A stretch of 64,000 nt of DNA, from positions 1 through 64,000 of the forward strand of contig JASTWF010000344.1 of assembly GCA_030390025.1 (NCBI GenBank). Direction: 5' to 3'. The notes under the pieces are model-generated. The model searched no databases, was not told where the DNA came from, and saw only the letters and a program-made list of their open reading frames with translations. Numbering within the stretch: the stretch's first letter is position 1; every line of letters starts with the position of its first letter. The position numbers and the translations under genes are program-made. This document shows, one piece after another, positions 22,346-36,200 of this stretch. Source of the DNA: Squalus acanthias. Lineage: Eukaryota.

Positions 22346-23148
22346 ATCCCTCCATGGTCTCGCCCCTTCCTATCTCTGTAACCTTCTCCAGGCCTACAAC
22401 CCTCTGAGATCTCTGCACTCCTCCAACTTTGGCTTCTTTCACCCCACCATTGGCGGCCGTGCCTTCAGGCATATGGGCCCTAAGCTCTGGAATTCCCTCC
22501 CTAAAGCTCTCTACCCTCCTTTATGGCGCTCTGTAAAATCCACCTCTTTGACCAAGCTTTTGGTCACCAGTCCTAATGTCTCATACGGCTCGGTGTCATT
22601 TTTTGTTTGATAACGCGTCTTAGGATGTTTTACTATGTTGCAAGTGCGACATAAACACAAGTTCTTGCTATGATCAGGAAGTGGGCAGACCAGCTCTGGT
22701 ACCATCTGAACACCTGCAATGTCGGTCCTTTTGCGTGGAGTCCTGTGATGAGGAAGCATTGAAAGCTATCCTGTATTTCTCAATGAAATGGCAGGAAAAC
22801 AACCAACAGTGTACCTTTAATATCTCCTTTCCTGAAGGCCATCAACTTACTGACCTTAAGTTCCACTTGAAGTGGGTGAGCTGAGTGTCGGAGCAGAGCA
22901 AGAAAACAGACCATGTGGACTCCCTGACCATGGTGCAGTTTGAGGGAAGTTTAGCGATAAACATTCGGTGTGAGCGAAGGTCGCACAGCGCGAGTCCGGC
23001 CTGTCACGGGTTTGGGGACCTGCCTCTTTTCCACTTTTGCCAGCAGGAATTCCCATCAGTTTGGGAGTCTCGTAGATCCTGAGGCTTTTCTCAATGATTC
23101 AGTTTAACATCGCCGTGTCCTGAATCAAAGAGATAACTGACATCCATA

Positions 23149-26100
23149 CCGCTCCCAGCCTCTCTCCCCGGGACCCTCACCGTCCCAGCCCCTCTCCCCG
23201 GGACCCTCACCGTCCCAGCCCCTCTCCCCGGGACCCTCACTGCTCCCAACCTCCTCTCCCCGGGACCCTCACCGTCCCAGCCCCTCTCCGTCCCAGCCCC
23301 TCTCCCCGGGACCCTCACCATCCCAGCCCCTCTCCCCGGGACCCTCACCGTCCCAGCCCCTCTCCCCGGGACCCTCACTGTCCCAGCCCCTCTCCCCGGG
23401 ACCCTCACCATCCCAGCCCCTCTCCCCGGGACCCTCACCGTCCCAGCCCCTCTCCCCGGGACCCTCACCGTCCCAGCCCCTCTCCCCGGGACCCTCACCG
23501 TCCCAGCCCCTCTCCCCGGGACCCTCACCGCTCCCAACCTCCTCTCCCGGGACCCTCACCATCCCAGCCCCTCTCCCTGGGACCCTCACCGCTCCCAACC
23601 TCCTCTCCCGGGACCCTCACCATCCCAGCCCCTCTCCCCGGGACCCTCACCGCTCCCAACCTCCTCTCCCGGGACCCTCACCGTCCCAGCCCCTCTCCCC
23701 GGGACCCTCACCGCTCCCAACCTCCTCTCCCGGGACCCTCACCGTCCCAGCCCCTCTCCCGGGACCCTCACTGTCCCAACCTCCTCTCCCCGGGACCCTC
23801 ACCGTCCCAGCCCCTCTCCCGGGACCCTCACCGTCCCAGCCCCTCTCCCCGGGACCCTCACCGCTCCCAACCTCCTCTCCCGGGACCCTCACCGTCCCAG
23901 CCCCTCTCCCCGGGACCCTCACTGCTCCCAACCGCCTCTCCCCGGGACCCTCACCGTCCCAGCCCCTCTCCCCGGGACCCTCACCACTCCCAACCTCCTC
24001 TCCCGGGACCCTCACCGTCCCACCTCCTCTCCCAGGATCCTCTCCCGGGACCCTCACCGTCCCAGCCCCTCTCCCGGGACCCTCACCGTCCCAGCCCCTC
24101 TCCCGGGACCCTCACCGTCCCAGCCCCTCTCCCCGGGACACTCACCGTCCCAGCCCCTCTCCCCGGGACCCTCACCGTCCCAGCCCCTCTCCCCGGGACC
24201 CTCACCGCTCCCAACCTCCTCTCCCGGGACCCTCACCATCCCAGCCCCTCTCCCTGGGACCCTCACCGCTCCCAACCTCCTCTCCCGGGACCCTCACCAT
24301 CCCAGCCCCTCTCCCCGGGACCCTCACCGCTCCCAACCTCCTCTCCCGGGACCCTCACCGTCCCAGCCCCTCTCCCCGGGACCCTCACCGCTCCCAACCT
24401 CCTCTCCCGGGACCCTCACCGTCCCAGCCCCTCTCCCGGGACCCTCACTGTCCCAACCTCCTCTCCCCGGGACCCTCACCGTCCCAGCCACTCTCCCGGG
24501 ACCCTCACCGTCCCAGCCCCTCTCCCCGGGACCCTCACCGCTCCCAACCTCCTCTCCCGGGACCCTCACCGTCCCAGCCCCTCTCCCCGGGACCCTCACT
24601 GCTCCCAACCGCCTCTCCCCGGGACCCTCACCGTCCCAGCCCCTCTCCCCGGGACCCTCACCACTCCCAACCTCCTCTCCCGGGACCCTCACCGTCCCAC
24701 CTCCTCTCCCAGGATCCTCTCCCGGGACCCTCACCGTCCCAGCCCCTCTCCCGGGACCCTCACCGTCCCAACCTCCTCTCCCCGGGACCCTCACCGTCCC
24801 AGCCCCTCTCCCGGGACCCTCACCGTCCCAGCCCCTCTCCCCGGGACCCTCACCGCTCCCAACCTCCTCTCCCGGGACCCTCACCGTCCCAGCCCCTCTC
24901 CCCGGGACCCTCACTGCTCCCAACCTCCTCTCCCCGGGACCCTCACCGTCCCAGCCCCTCTCCCCGGGACCCTCACCACTCCCAACCTCCTCTCCCGGGA
25001 CCCTCACCGTCCCACCTCCTCTCCCAGGATTCTCTCCCGGGACCCTCACCGTCCCAGCCCCTCTCCCCGGGACCCTCACCGCTCCCAACCTCCTCTCCCG
25101 GGACCCTCAGCGTCCCAGCCGCTCTCCCCAGGACCCTCACCGCTCCCAACCTCCTCTCCCCGGGACCCTCACCGTCCCAGCCCCTCACCGCTCCCAACCT
25201 CCTCTCCCCGGGACCCTCACCGTCCCAGCCCCTCTCCCCGGGACCCTCACCGCTCCCAACCTCCTCTCCCCGGGACCCTCACCGTCCCAGCCCCTCTCCC
25301 CGGGACCCTCACCGCTTCCAACCTCCTCTCCTCGGGACCCTCACCGTCCCAACCTCCTCTCCTCGGGACCCTCACCGCTCCCAACCTCCTCTCCCGGGAC
25401 CCTCACCGTCCCAACCTCCTCTCCCCGGGACCCTCACCATCCCAGCCCCTCTCCCCGGGACCCTCACCGCTCCCAACCTCCTCTCCCGGGACCCTCACCG
25501 TCCCAGCCCCTCTCCCGGGACCCTCACCGTCCCAACCTCCTCTCCCCGGGACCCTCACCGTCCCAGCCCCTCTCCCGGGACCCTCACCGTCCCAGCCCCT
25601 CTCCCCGGGACCCTCACCGCTCCCAACCTCCTCTCCCGGGACCCTCACCGTCCCAGCCCCTCTCCCGGGACCCTCACCGTCCCAACCTCCTCTCCCCGGG
25701 ACCCTCACCGTCCCAGCCCCTCTCCCCGGGACCCTCACCGCTCCCAACCTCCTCTCCTCGGGACCCTCACCGTCCCAACCTCCTCTCCTCGGGACCCTCA
25801 CCGTCCCAACCTCCTCTCCCCGGGACCCTCACCATCCCAGCCCCTCTCCCCGGGACCCTCACCATCCCAGCCCCTCTCCCCGGGACCCTCACCGTCCCAG
25901 CCCCTCTCCCCGGGACCCTCACCGTCCCAGCCCCTCTCCCCGGGACCCTCACCGTCCCAGCCCCTCTCCCCGGGACCCTCACCGCTCCCAACCTCCTCTC
26001 CCGGGACCCTCACCATCCCAGCCCCTCTCTCTGGGACCCTCACCGCTCCCAACCTCCTCTCCCGGGACCCTCACCATCCCAGCCCCTCTCCCCGGGACCC

Positions 26101-27738
26101 TCACCGCTCCCAACCTCCTCTCCCGGGACCCTCACCGTCCCAGCCCCTCTCCCCGGGACCCTCACCGCTCCCAACCTCCTCTCCCGGGACCCTCACCGTC
26201 CCAGCCCCTCTCCCGGGACCCTCACCGTCCCAACCTCCTCTCCCCGGGACCCTCACCGTCCCAGCCCCTCTCCCGGGACCCTCACCGTCCCAGCCCCTCT
26301 CCCCGGGACCCTCACCGCTCCCAACCTCCTCTCCCGGGACCCTTACCGTCCCAGCCCCTCTCCCCGGGACCCTCACTGCTCCCAACCGCCTCTCCCCGGG
26401 ACCCTCACCGTCCCAGCCCCTCTCCCCGGGACCCTCACCACTCCCAACCTCCTCTCCCGGGACCCTCACCGTCCCACCTCCTCTCCCAGGATCCTCTCCC
26501 GGGACCCTCACCGTCCCAGTCCCTCTCCCGGGACCCTCACCGTCCCAACCTCCTCTCCCCGGGACCCTCACCGTCCCAGCCACTCTCCCGGGACCCTCAC
26601 CGTCCCAGCCCCTCTCCCCGGGACCCTCACCGCTCCCAACCTCCTCTCCCGGGACCCTCACCGTCCCAGCCCCTCTCCCCGGGACCCTCACTGCTCCCAA
26701 CCTCCTCTCCCCGGGACCCTCACCGTCCCAGCCCCTCTCCCCGGGACCCTCACCACTCCCAACCTCCTCTCCCGGGACCCTCACCGTCCCACCTCCTCTC
26801 CCAGGATCCTCTCCCGGGACCCTCACCGTCCCAGCCCCTCTCCCCGGGACCCTCACCGCTCCCAACCTCCTCTCCCGGGACCCTCAGCGTCCCAGCCCCT
26901 CTCCCCAGGACCCTCACCGCTCCCAACCTCCTCTCCCCGGGACCCTCACCGTCCCAGCCCCTCACCGCTCCCAACCTCCTCTCCCCGGGACCCTCACCGT
27001 CCCAGCCCCTCTCCCCGGGACCCTCACCGCTCCCAACCTCCTCTCCCCGGGACCCTCACCGTCCCAGCCCCTCTCCCCGGGACCCTCACCGCTTCCAACC
27101 TCCTCTCCTCGGGACCCTCACCGTCCCAACCTCCTCTCCTCGGGACCCTCACCGCTCCCAACCTCCTCTCCCGGGACCCTCACCGTCCCAACCTCCTCTC
27201 CCCGGGACCCTCACCGTCCCAGCCCCTCTCCCCGGGACCCTCACCGCTCCCAACCTCCTCTCCCGGGACCCTCACCGTCCCAGCCCCTCTCCCGGGACCC
27301 TCACCGTCCCAACCTCCTCTCCCCGGGACCCTCACCGTCCCAGCCCCTCTCCCGGGACCCTCACCGTCCCAGCCCCTCTCCCCGGGACCCTCACCGCTCC
27401 CAACCTCCTCTCCCGGGACCCTCACCGTCCCAGCCCCTCTCCCGGGACCCTCACCGTCCCAACCTCCTCTCCCCGGGACCCTCACCGTCCCAGCCCCTCT
27501 CCCCGGGACCCTCACCGCTCCCAACCTCCTCTCCTCGGGACCCTCACCGTCCCAACCTCCTCTCCTCGGGACCCTCACCGTCCCAACCTCCTCTCCCCGG
27601 GACCCTCACCGCTCCCAACCTCCTCTCCCCGGGACCCTCACCGTCCCAACCTCCTCTCCCCGGGACCCTCACCGTCCCAACCTCCTCTCCCCGGGACCCT
27701 CACCGTCCCAACCTCCTCTCCCGGGACCCTCACCGTCC
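23149..27738. repeat. 30/31-bp C-rich minisatellite (~150 units) with higher-order duplications
   Basis: Units ccgtcccagcccctctccccgggaccctca and ccgctcccaacctcctctcccgggaccctca. Confidence 0.95.
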
Positions 27739-27869
27739 AAATCCCAATCCCAGCACTGAAGCATTGTTGCTCGAGGTGTGTGGGTGAGGACAGGGTGACC
27801 GAGATTCGCCCCCCAACAGACCCGACATCAGAACAGATTCCATCCCAGTAGCTGCAGTGCTGTCGACAT

Positions 27870-27875
27870 TTTATT
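27870..27875 (-). terminator. Candidate polyadenylation signal of KXD1
   Basis: AATAAA on the minus strand, ~280 nt after the stop. Confidence 0.5.
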
Positions 27876-28152
27876 TTGTCGTATTTTACATTTTTATCAT
27901 AAATCCACACTGCGCAAATCCTGCAGTCCCAGCCAGTGGGGTTCACTGAGCATTCTGAGAAACAGTAATCCACACCGCAATAAAAAGAAACAGAAAAACA
28001 GCAATCGCTTGAAGAGAATCCATTTTCCTCAGGCGTTAAGCTCAGTGTCTTTGCCCCGAAGCTGCCTGGAGAGCCCGCGGGGTCCCGGGGCCTGGGCCTG
28101 GCTTCCAGCCCACCCGCTGGCGGGGCACATTATCCGACCGCCTGTTTGCACT

Positions 28153-28385
28153 TTACTCTCCCCCACCTTCCCTCATTGGCCCATCCAGCTGCCGCTTGGG
28201 CGCCAGAGTCTCTGCCAGGCCGGGTGAGGCGTCCTCCGAGTCGCCGCTGGCCCCGGTGGAGAGCAGGGTGGGGCTGGTGTCACTGGAGCCCGAGCTCAGG
28301 TCCAAGGTGGCGGAGAGCGGGAAGCAGCCCTTTGGGATCGGGTCAAAATCCTCATCATCTTCCACATCCAGGGACTTGAGGATAC
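28153..28385 (-). CDS. KXD1: KxDL motif-containing protein 1 (BORC subunit), last coding exon
   Basis: Acceptor ttttttggggctag|GT, phase-compatible with the preceding exon. Acidic DVEDDEDFDPIP and SSGSSDTSP motifs resemble the vertebrate KXD1 C-terminus. Confidence 0.85.
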
Positions 28386-29004
28386 CTAGCCCCAAAAAAC
28401 AGAAGCAGAGATCAGCGAGAAGTGCTCACACAGCATCCGGCCAACAGGCCTCGCTCCCTGGCCCTGACACTGCCCACTGACACTGCCCACTGACACTGCC
28501 CTGCCAGGCCTGAGCAACAGGCCCTAACAGACAAAGGCCTTCGCACCAATAAACCGGCCCTTTCAGCACAGTAAACCCCAGCCCCACCCCTCCATTGCCC
28601 AAACCACCCCGCCCCCCTCATCTCATCCCAACCCCCCCCAGGAGTGTCTAATCTGGGCTCGTCTACCCACACAGCACAGCGGAGGTTAGGAAACATTCCC
28701 TGGGCGGATCACGGGCAGTAACCCGCGCCCGACCCACGGTACAGCGTTACACACAATGCTGCCCATGCTCATCAATTCACCAGATACAGAGAGAAACTTC
28801 TGGCAGAATGTCACATTCCTGTGAATAACTGGAGCTAACTCCTCCAGACTGATCTCTTTAAATCCCAGCCCATTGTTTGACTTTCCTTCCTCCCGGCGAT
28901 GTGCTGCTTCCTCCCTGTCCCCAGTGCCCCGCCACTTGCTGGCATCGTTCCTCAGGCAGCCGTCATGTCCTGGCACCTCGCCCGAGTCCACACAGTGAGC
29001 GTTG

Positions 29005-29715
29005 CATCGAGTCTACAGCACAGAAACAGGCTGCTCGGCCCCTCAGGTCCGTGCCGGTGTTTACGCTCCACACGAGCCACACCCCACCCCTCCTCATCTC
29101 ACCCCATCAGCAGATCCTTCGATTCCTTTCTCCCTCATGTGTTTATCCAGCTTCCCCTTAAATGCATCTCTGCTATTCGCTTCAACTACCTGATAAGTAT
29201 AATCTCTCAGTTCTGGTATTATCCTTGTGAATTTTCTTTGCACTTCTCCAGTGCCTCTATATCCTTTTTATAACATGGAGACCAGAATAGTGCCCAGTGC
29301 TCCAAGTGTGGTCTAACCACGGTTCGATACAAGTTTAACACAATTTCTCTGCTTCTCAATTCTATCCCTCTGGAAATGACCCCCAGGGCTTGGTTTGCTT
29401 TTTTAGGGCCTCATTAACCTGCGTCACTACTTATAGTGATCCGTGTATCTGTTCCCACAGATCCCTCGGCTCCTCTACCCCAATTAAACTCTTGTTATCC
29501 AAGCAGTGTGTGGCCTCCTTATTCATCCTCCCAAAATGCACCACCTCACACTCATCCATATTGAAATTCATTTGCCAATTACTCGCCCATTCTGCGAGTT
29601 TATTAATGTCTTCCTGTATTTTGTTGCAGTCCTCTGTATTAACTACACTCACCAATTTGGTGTCATCCACCAAGTTAGAAATGTCAGTGAGGCATTCAAC
29701 TGTGGAGCAGCATAA
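29005..29715 (-). mobile_element. Degenerate CR1 3' fragment
   Basis: DDTKL..WQMNFN..VRPHLE remnant; tail similar to 14560-14800. Confidence 0.85.
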
Positions 29716-29723
29716 CTGACCCC

Positions 29724-30490
29724 GATCCCGTCCCCCGTACTTACACACTCGATCCCGTCCCCCGCACTTACACACTCGATCCCGTCCCCCGCACTTACAC
29801 ACTCGATCCCGTCCCCTGCACCTACACACTCGATCCCGTCCCCTGCACTTACACACTCGATCCTGTCCCCCGCAGTTACACACCCGGTCCTGTCCCCCGC
29901 ACTTACACACTCGATCCTGTCCCCCGCACTTACACACTCGATCCCGTCCCCCGCACTTACACACTCGATCCCGTCCCCCGCACTTACACACTCGATCCCG
30001 TCCCCCGCACTTACACACTCGATCCCGTCCCCCGCACTTACACACTCGATCCCGTCCCCCGCACTTACACACTCGATCCTGTCCCCCGCACTTACACACT
30101 CGATCCTGTCCCCCGCACTTACACACTCGATCCTGTCCCCCGCACTTACACACTCGGTTCCTGTCCCCCGCACTTACACACTCGATCCCGTCCCCCGCAC
30201 TTACACACCCGATCCTGTCCCCCGCACTTACACACTCGATCCTGTCCCCCGCACTTACACACTCGATCCCGTCCCCCGCACTTACACACTCGATCCCGTC
30301 CCCCGCACTTACACACTCGATCCCGTCCCCCGCACTTACACACCCGATCCTGTCCCCCGCACTTACACACTCGATCCTGTCCCCCGCACTTACACACTCG
30401 ATCCTGTCCCCCGCACTTACACACTCGATCCTGTCCCCCGCACTTACACTCTCGATCATGTCCCCCGCACTTACACACTCGATCCTGTCC
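29724..30490. repeat. 27-bp minisatellite (~28 copies)
   Basis: Unit atcccgtcccccgcacttacacactcg. Confidence 0.95.
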
Positions 30491-30858
30491 TCCACGAGCT
30501 TTTACACGTACACAAGCGCACACTTCCCAGCACGAGTCTCTAGATACTGATCAGGAGTAAGAACCCTTGCTGATTTTCCCTCCCTTGCTGAAGGGTGGAG
30601 AGGGTAATTGCTGCCCCGGTGAGAGAGCTAACTCAGCACAGACCGGGATCCCCGAGTCACAATCACACCGAGCGGAGTCTGTATACGCAGTCACTGGGCG
30701 GGGCGGGGAGGAGGTGCGCCCTCTCATGCTTCAGCACAACTTATGATTGAAAGGTTAAACTGGATAATTACTCTCTGAAAGATCAATTCCAAAATCAGTT
30801 AAACCCAATAAAGCAGGGAACAGCTGTTGGCCACTCACAGACCTGGTGGTGACATACA

Positions 30859-31030
30859 CCGGGACAATCCTCCCGGCCCAGACATGCTCGATCTGTCCGG
30901 GACAATCCTCCCGGCCCTGACATGCTCGATCTGTCCGGGACAATCCTCCCGGCCCAGACATGCTCCATCTGCCGGGACAATCTCCCGGCCCAGACATGCT
31001 CCATCTGTCCGGGACAATCCTCCCGGCCCT
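30859..31030. repeat. 38-bp tandem repeat (~4.5 copies)
   Basis: Unit ccgggacaatcctcccggcccagacatgctcgatctgt. Confidence 0.9.
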
Positions 31031-31491
31031 CACAATTCCAAGCAGGACCTGAAGATGTTCATCAACTAGCTTCCGCATCAAAAGTTGTGAAAATGGTTGT
31101 TCATTAATTACTTAATTCTTGCAATAATTAAACTGAAGTTTTGTGATTCTGAACATTTGAATTTATTTCTGACTCACAATACGGATTTACTTGATTATTT
31201 GATCCAAGTGCAGGTATTAAAGAAAAATCATTCCTGGGATGTGGCGTCGCCCCTGGTTACCCTGAGAAGGTGGCGCTTGCTCTACTCCTTGAACCGCTGC
31301 AGTCCATGCGGTGAAGTGTGAGGCCGATTCTCAAGATCTCTTGAACCCGAAGATTCCTGTGTGTTTGTGTGACTCTCCTATATGTCCCGTATCTGGTTAA
31401 ATGCCCGCGATACGATCCTAGGGGTCCCGTAGCTAGCTAAATGGGCCGTTAAGATCTGTGCGATATGTACAGCTCCCTGGAACATACTTAC

Positions 31492-31538
31492 TGCTGAATG
31501 CTTCCGGGTGCTGCTTCGCGAGTTTGTCCTTCAGAGTC
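31492..31538 (-). CDS. KXD1: KXD1 coding exon 3 (47 nt)
   Basis: ttccccgtag|G ACT CTG AAG ... AGC A|gtaagt; encodes (R)TLKDKLAKQHPEAFS. Confidence 0.92.
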
Positions 31539-31647
31539 CTACGGGGAAAAAGCAAACCACTGACTGATCAGACCCCTGGAAAGCTTCCACACAAACTCTG
31601 CTGCTAAGCTTGGCCATTTGTCTGAATCATTTATTGAGACTTCTTTT

Positions 31648-32722
31648 CATAGAATCATAGAAATTTACAGCACACAAGGAAGCCATTTCGGCCCATCGTG
31701 TCCGTGCCGGCCAACAAAGATCTATCCGGCCTAATCCCACTTCCCAGCTCTTGGTCCGTAGCCTGCAGGTTAGAGCATCCCAAGTGCACATCCAAGTACT
31801 TTTTAAATGTGGTTCGGGTTCCTGCCTCTACCACCCTTTCAGGCAGTGAGTTCCAGACCCCCACAACCCTCTGGGTGAAGACATTTCCCCTCAAATCCCC
31901 TCTAAACCTTCCCCCAATTACTTTAAATCTGTGCCCCCTGGTTTTTGACCCCTCTGCTAAGGGAAATAGGTCCTTTCTATCCACTTTATCTAGGCCCCTC
32001 ATAATTTTATACACCTCAATAAGGTCTCCCCTCAGCCTCCTCTGTTCCAAGGAAAACAGACCCAGCCTATCCAGTCTTTCCTCATAGCTAAGATTCTCTA
32101 CTCCCGGCAACATCCTTGTAAATCTCCTCTGTACCCTCTCCAATGCAATCACATCTTTCCTGTAATGTGGTGACCAGAACTGCACGCAGTACTCTAGCTG
32201 AGGCCTAATTAGTGTTTTATACAGTTGAAGCATAACCCCCCTGCTCTTGTATTCTATGCCACGGCTAATAAAGGCAAGCATTCCGTATGCCTTCTTAACC
32301 ACCTTATCTACTTGGCCTGCTACTTTCAGGGATCTGTGGACATGCACTCCAAGGTCCCTATGTTCCTCTACACTACTCAGTGTCCTACCATTTAATGTGT
32401 ATTCCCTTTCCTGGTTAGCCCTCCCCAAATGCATTACCTCACACTTCTCCGGATTGAATTCCATTTGCCACTGTTCTGCCCACCTGACCAATTTATTGAT
32501 ATCTTCCTGCAGTCTACAGCTTCCTTCTTCAGTATCAACCACACAGCCGATTTTAGTATCATCTGCAAACTTCTTAATCATACCCCTTATATTCAAGTCT
32601 AGATCATTGATATATACCACAAAAAGCAAGGGACCGAGTACTGAGCCCTGCGGAACCCCACTGGAAACAGCTTTCCAGTCACAAAAACAGCCATCAACCA
32701 TTACCCTCTGCTTCCTGTCCAC
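31648..32722 (-). mobile_element. 5'-truncated CR1 LINE with open RT C-terminal frame
   Basis: RKQRV..GVPQGSVLGP..FADD..RPQLEY and a ttctatga-type tail. Confidence 0.95.
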
Positions 32723-33117
32723 AGACTCTGAATGCTCTGTGTCCCTGTACAGCAATGCTGCCTGCGCCGTCATACACTGAGCCAGGTGTACCAACAGCTG
32801 CTTGTGATGAGCAGGGACCATGTCTGTATTTGCGAGGTGCACCTGCTCCCTCCAGTGGCATAAAGCAGTACCTCAGTGAGTGGTTAATGCAGGTGTGCTT
32901 TGGCCCAACCACAAACATTTCTTCCTTTCCCCTCCCGAAGGCACGGACTCTTCCTGGGGTACAGTTTCCCTGGCTGCAACTGCCCGCCAGGGTATTGAAC
33001 CCTGAATCACAGGGGAGAATCACAGCCACGTCCTGACCTCAATCAACACCCCACTGGACAGTGGGGGTGGGGGGGGGGTGAGGGGGCGGTGAGAGCGGGG
33101 GAGGGGCGACATTGTAC

Positions 33118-33270
33118 CTGATTCGCCGGAAGATGTTGTCGAGATCCTTCTTCATGTCCACGAGTGCCCTCGTGTGGTGCTGGTACCGTTCCGTCATCTG
33201 GTTCAGCCTCATGCTCGACAGATTGTTGAAGTTCAGTAACATCTCGTTCGTCTTCTCGAAACGGTCCAGC
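33118..33270 (-). CDS. KXD1: KXD1 coding exon 2 (153 nt, KxDL motif)
   Basis: ctgtcag|G CTG GAC ... ATC AG|gtac; encodes [50 protein letters not shown]. Confidence 0.97.
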
Positions 33271-36200
33271 CTGACAGAGGTCAAAGGTCGATAAATTGAA
33301 GCACCCGGTCTGTACGGGGAGTCGCTGTGGTGATTTTACCCACCAATAGCCAAACACAGGAGCAACCGAGGGCAGCATAATCCTAACACCTCCCCACGCA
33401 GCACCACTCCAGTTACAGTGAAACCCGTACCCCAGTGAGAGTCACTGTCCGTGCAACCTGTACCCCAGTGAGAGTCAGTGTCTGTGGAACCCGTACCCCA
33501 GTGAGAGTCAGTGCCAGTGGAACCCGTACCCCAGTGAGAGTCAGTGCCTGTGGAACCCGTACCCCAGTGAGAGTCAGTGCCTGTGGAACCCGTACCCCAG
33601 TGAGAGTCAGTGCCTGTGGAACCCGTACCCCAGTGAGAGTCAGTGTCTGTGAAACCCGTACCCCATTGAGTGTCAGTGTCTGTGGAACCTACCCCAGTGA
33701 GAGTCAGTGTGTGTGGAACCCGTACCCCAGTGAGAGTCAGTGTCTGTGGAACCCGTACCCCAGTGAGAGTCAGTGTGTGTGGAACCCGTACCCCAGTGAG
33801 AGTCAGTGTGTGTGGAACCCGTACCCCAGTGAGAGTCAGTGTGTGTGGAACCCGTACCCCAGTGAGAGTCAGTGTGTGTGGAACCCGTACCCCAGTGAGA
33901 GTCAGTGTGTGTGGAACCCGTACCCCAGTGAGAGTCAGTGTCTGTGGAACCCGTACCCCAGTGAGAGTCAGTGTCTGTGGAACCCGTACCCCAGTGAGAG
34001 TCAGTGTCTGTGGAACCCGTACCCCAGTGAGAGTCAGTGACTGTGGAACCCGTACCCCAGTGAGAGTCAGTGACTGTGGAACCCGTACCCCAGTGAGAGT
34101 CAGTGTCTGTGGAACCCGTACACCAGTGAGAGTCAGTGTCTGTGGAACCCGTACCCCAGTGAGAGTCAGTGTCTGTGGAACCTGTACCCCAGTGAGAGTC
34201 AGTGTCTGTGGAACCCGTACCCCAGTGAGAGTCAGTGTGTGTGGAACCCGTACCCCAGTGAGAGTCAGTGCCTGTGGAAACCGTACCCCAGTGAGAGTCA
34301 GTGTGTATGGAACCCGTACCCCAGTGAGAGTCTGTGTTGTGGAACCCGTACCCCAGTGAGAGTCAGTGCCAGTGGAACCCGTACCCCAGTGAGAGTCAGT
34401 GCCAGTGGAACCCGTACCCCAGTGAAAGTCAGTGTCTATGGAACCCGTACCCCAGTGAGGGTCAAGTCTGCGGAACCCGTACCCCAGTGAGAGTCAGTGT
34501 GTGTGGAACCCGTACCCCAGTGAGAGTCAGTGTGTGTGGAACCCGTACCCCAGTGAGAGTCAGTGCCCGTGGAACCCGTACCCCAGTGAGAGTCAGTGTC
34601 TGTGGAACCCGTACCCCAGTGAGAGTCAGTGTCTGTGGAATCCGTACCCCAGTGAGAGTCAGTGTCTGTGGAACCCGTACCCCAGTGAGAGTCAGTGCCC
34701 GTGGAACCCGTACCCCAGTGAGAGTCAGTGTCTGTGGAACCCGTACCCCAGTGAGAGTCAGTGCCCGTGGAACCAGTACCCCAGTCAGAGTCAGTATCTG
34801 TGGGACCTGTACCCCAGTGAGAGTCAGTGTGTATGGGACCCGTACCCCAGTGAGTCAGTGTCTGTGGAACCCATCCCCAGTGAGAGTCAGTGTGTGTGGA
34901 ACCCGTACCCCAGTGAGAGTCAGTGTCTGTGGAACCCGTACCCCAGTGAGAGTCAGTGTCTGTGGAACCCGTACCCCAGTGAGAGTCAAGTCTGCGGAAC
35001 CCGTACCCCAGTGAGAGTCAGTGTGTGTGGAACCCGTACCCCAGTGAGAGTCAGTGTGTGTGGAACCCGTACCCCAGTGAGAGTCAGTGCCAGTGGAACC
35101 CGTACCACAGTGAGAGTTGGTGTCTGTGGAACCCATACCCCAGTGAGAGTCAGTGTCTGTGGAACCCGTACCCCAGTGAGAGTCAGTGTGTGTGGAACCC
35201 GTACCCCAGTGAGAGTCAGTGCCTGTGGAAACCCGTACCCCAGTGAGAGTCAGTTTCTGTGGAACCCGTACCCCAGTGAGAGTCTGTGTTGTGGAACCCA
35301 TACCCCAGTGAGAGTCAGTGCCAGTGCAACCCATACCCCAGTGAGAGTCAGTGTCTGTGGAACCCGTACCCCAGTGAGAGTCAGAGCGTGTGGAACCCAT
35401 ACCCCAGTGAGAGTCAGTGCCAGTGGAACCCGTACCCCAGTGAGAGTCAGTGTCTGTGGAACCCGTACCCCAGTGAGAGTCAGTGTCTGTGGAACCCGTA
35501 CCCCAGTGAAAGTCAGTGTCTGTGGAACCCGTACCCCAGTGAGAGTCAGTGCCAGTGGAACCCGTACCCCAGTGAGAGTCAGTGTCTGTGGAACCCTTAC
35601 CCCAGTGAGAGTCAGTGTGAGTGGAACCCGTACCCCAGTGAGGGTCAGTGTCTGTGGAACCCGTACCCCAGTGAGAGTCAGTGTCTGTGGAACCCGTACC
35701 CCAGTGAGGGTCAAGTCTGCGGAACCCGTACCCCAGTGAGAGTCAGTGTGTGTGGAACCCGTACCCCAGTGAGAGTCAGTGTGTGTGGAACCCGTACCCC
35801 AGTGAGAGTCAGTGCCAGTGGAACCCGTACCACAGTGAGAGTCAGAGTCTGTGGAACCCGTACCCCAGTGAGAGTCAGTGTGTGTGGAACCCGTACCCCA
35901 GTGAGAGTCAGTGCCCGTGGAACCCGTACCCCAGTGAGAGTCAGTGTGTATGGAACCCGTACCCCAGTGAGAGTCAGTGTGTCTGGAACCCGTACCCCAG
36001 TGAGAGTCAGTGTGTCTGGAACCCGTACCCCAGTGAGAGTCAGTGTGTGTGCAACCCGTACCCCAGTGAGAGTCAGTGTGTGTGGAACCCGTACCCCAGT
36101 GAGAGTCAGTGTGTGTGCAACCCGTACCCCAGTGAAAGTCAGTGTGTGTGGAACCCGTACCCCAGTGAGAGTCAGTGTGTGTGGAACCCGTACCCCAGTG

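Larger units (their letters stand above)
21120..22670 (+). mobile_element. Degenerate L2 LINE 3' fragment, split by a Penelope-like insertion
   Basis: VRNLG.LFDPEL.F.PHI ... TSRL ... LHWLP remnant on the left; resumes at ~22346 and ends in an L2-type tail. Confidence 0.75.

Noticed and set aside
23091..27738. Gly/Pro-rich collagen-like ORFs
   Set aside because: Artefacts of a 30/31-bp repeat with constant frameshifts; not a sustained Gly-X-Y pattern.
29431..30523. Cys-rich ORFs (DRVCKCGG, GDRIECVSA)
   Set aside because: Read-through of the 27-bp repeat inside a KXD1 intron.
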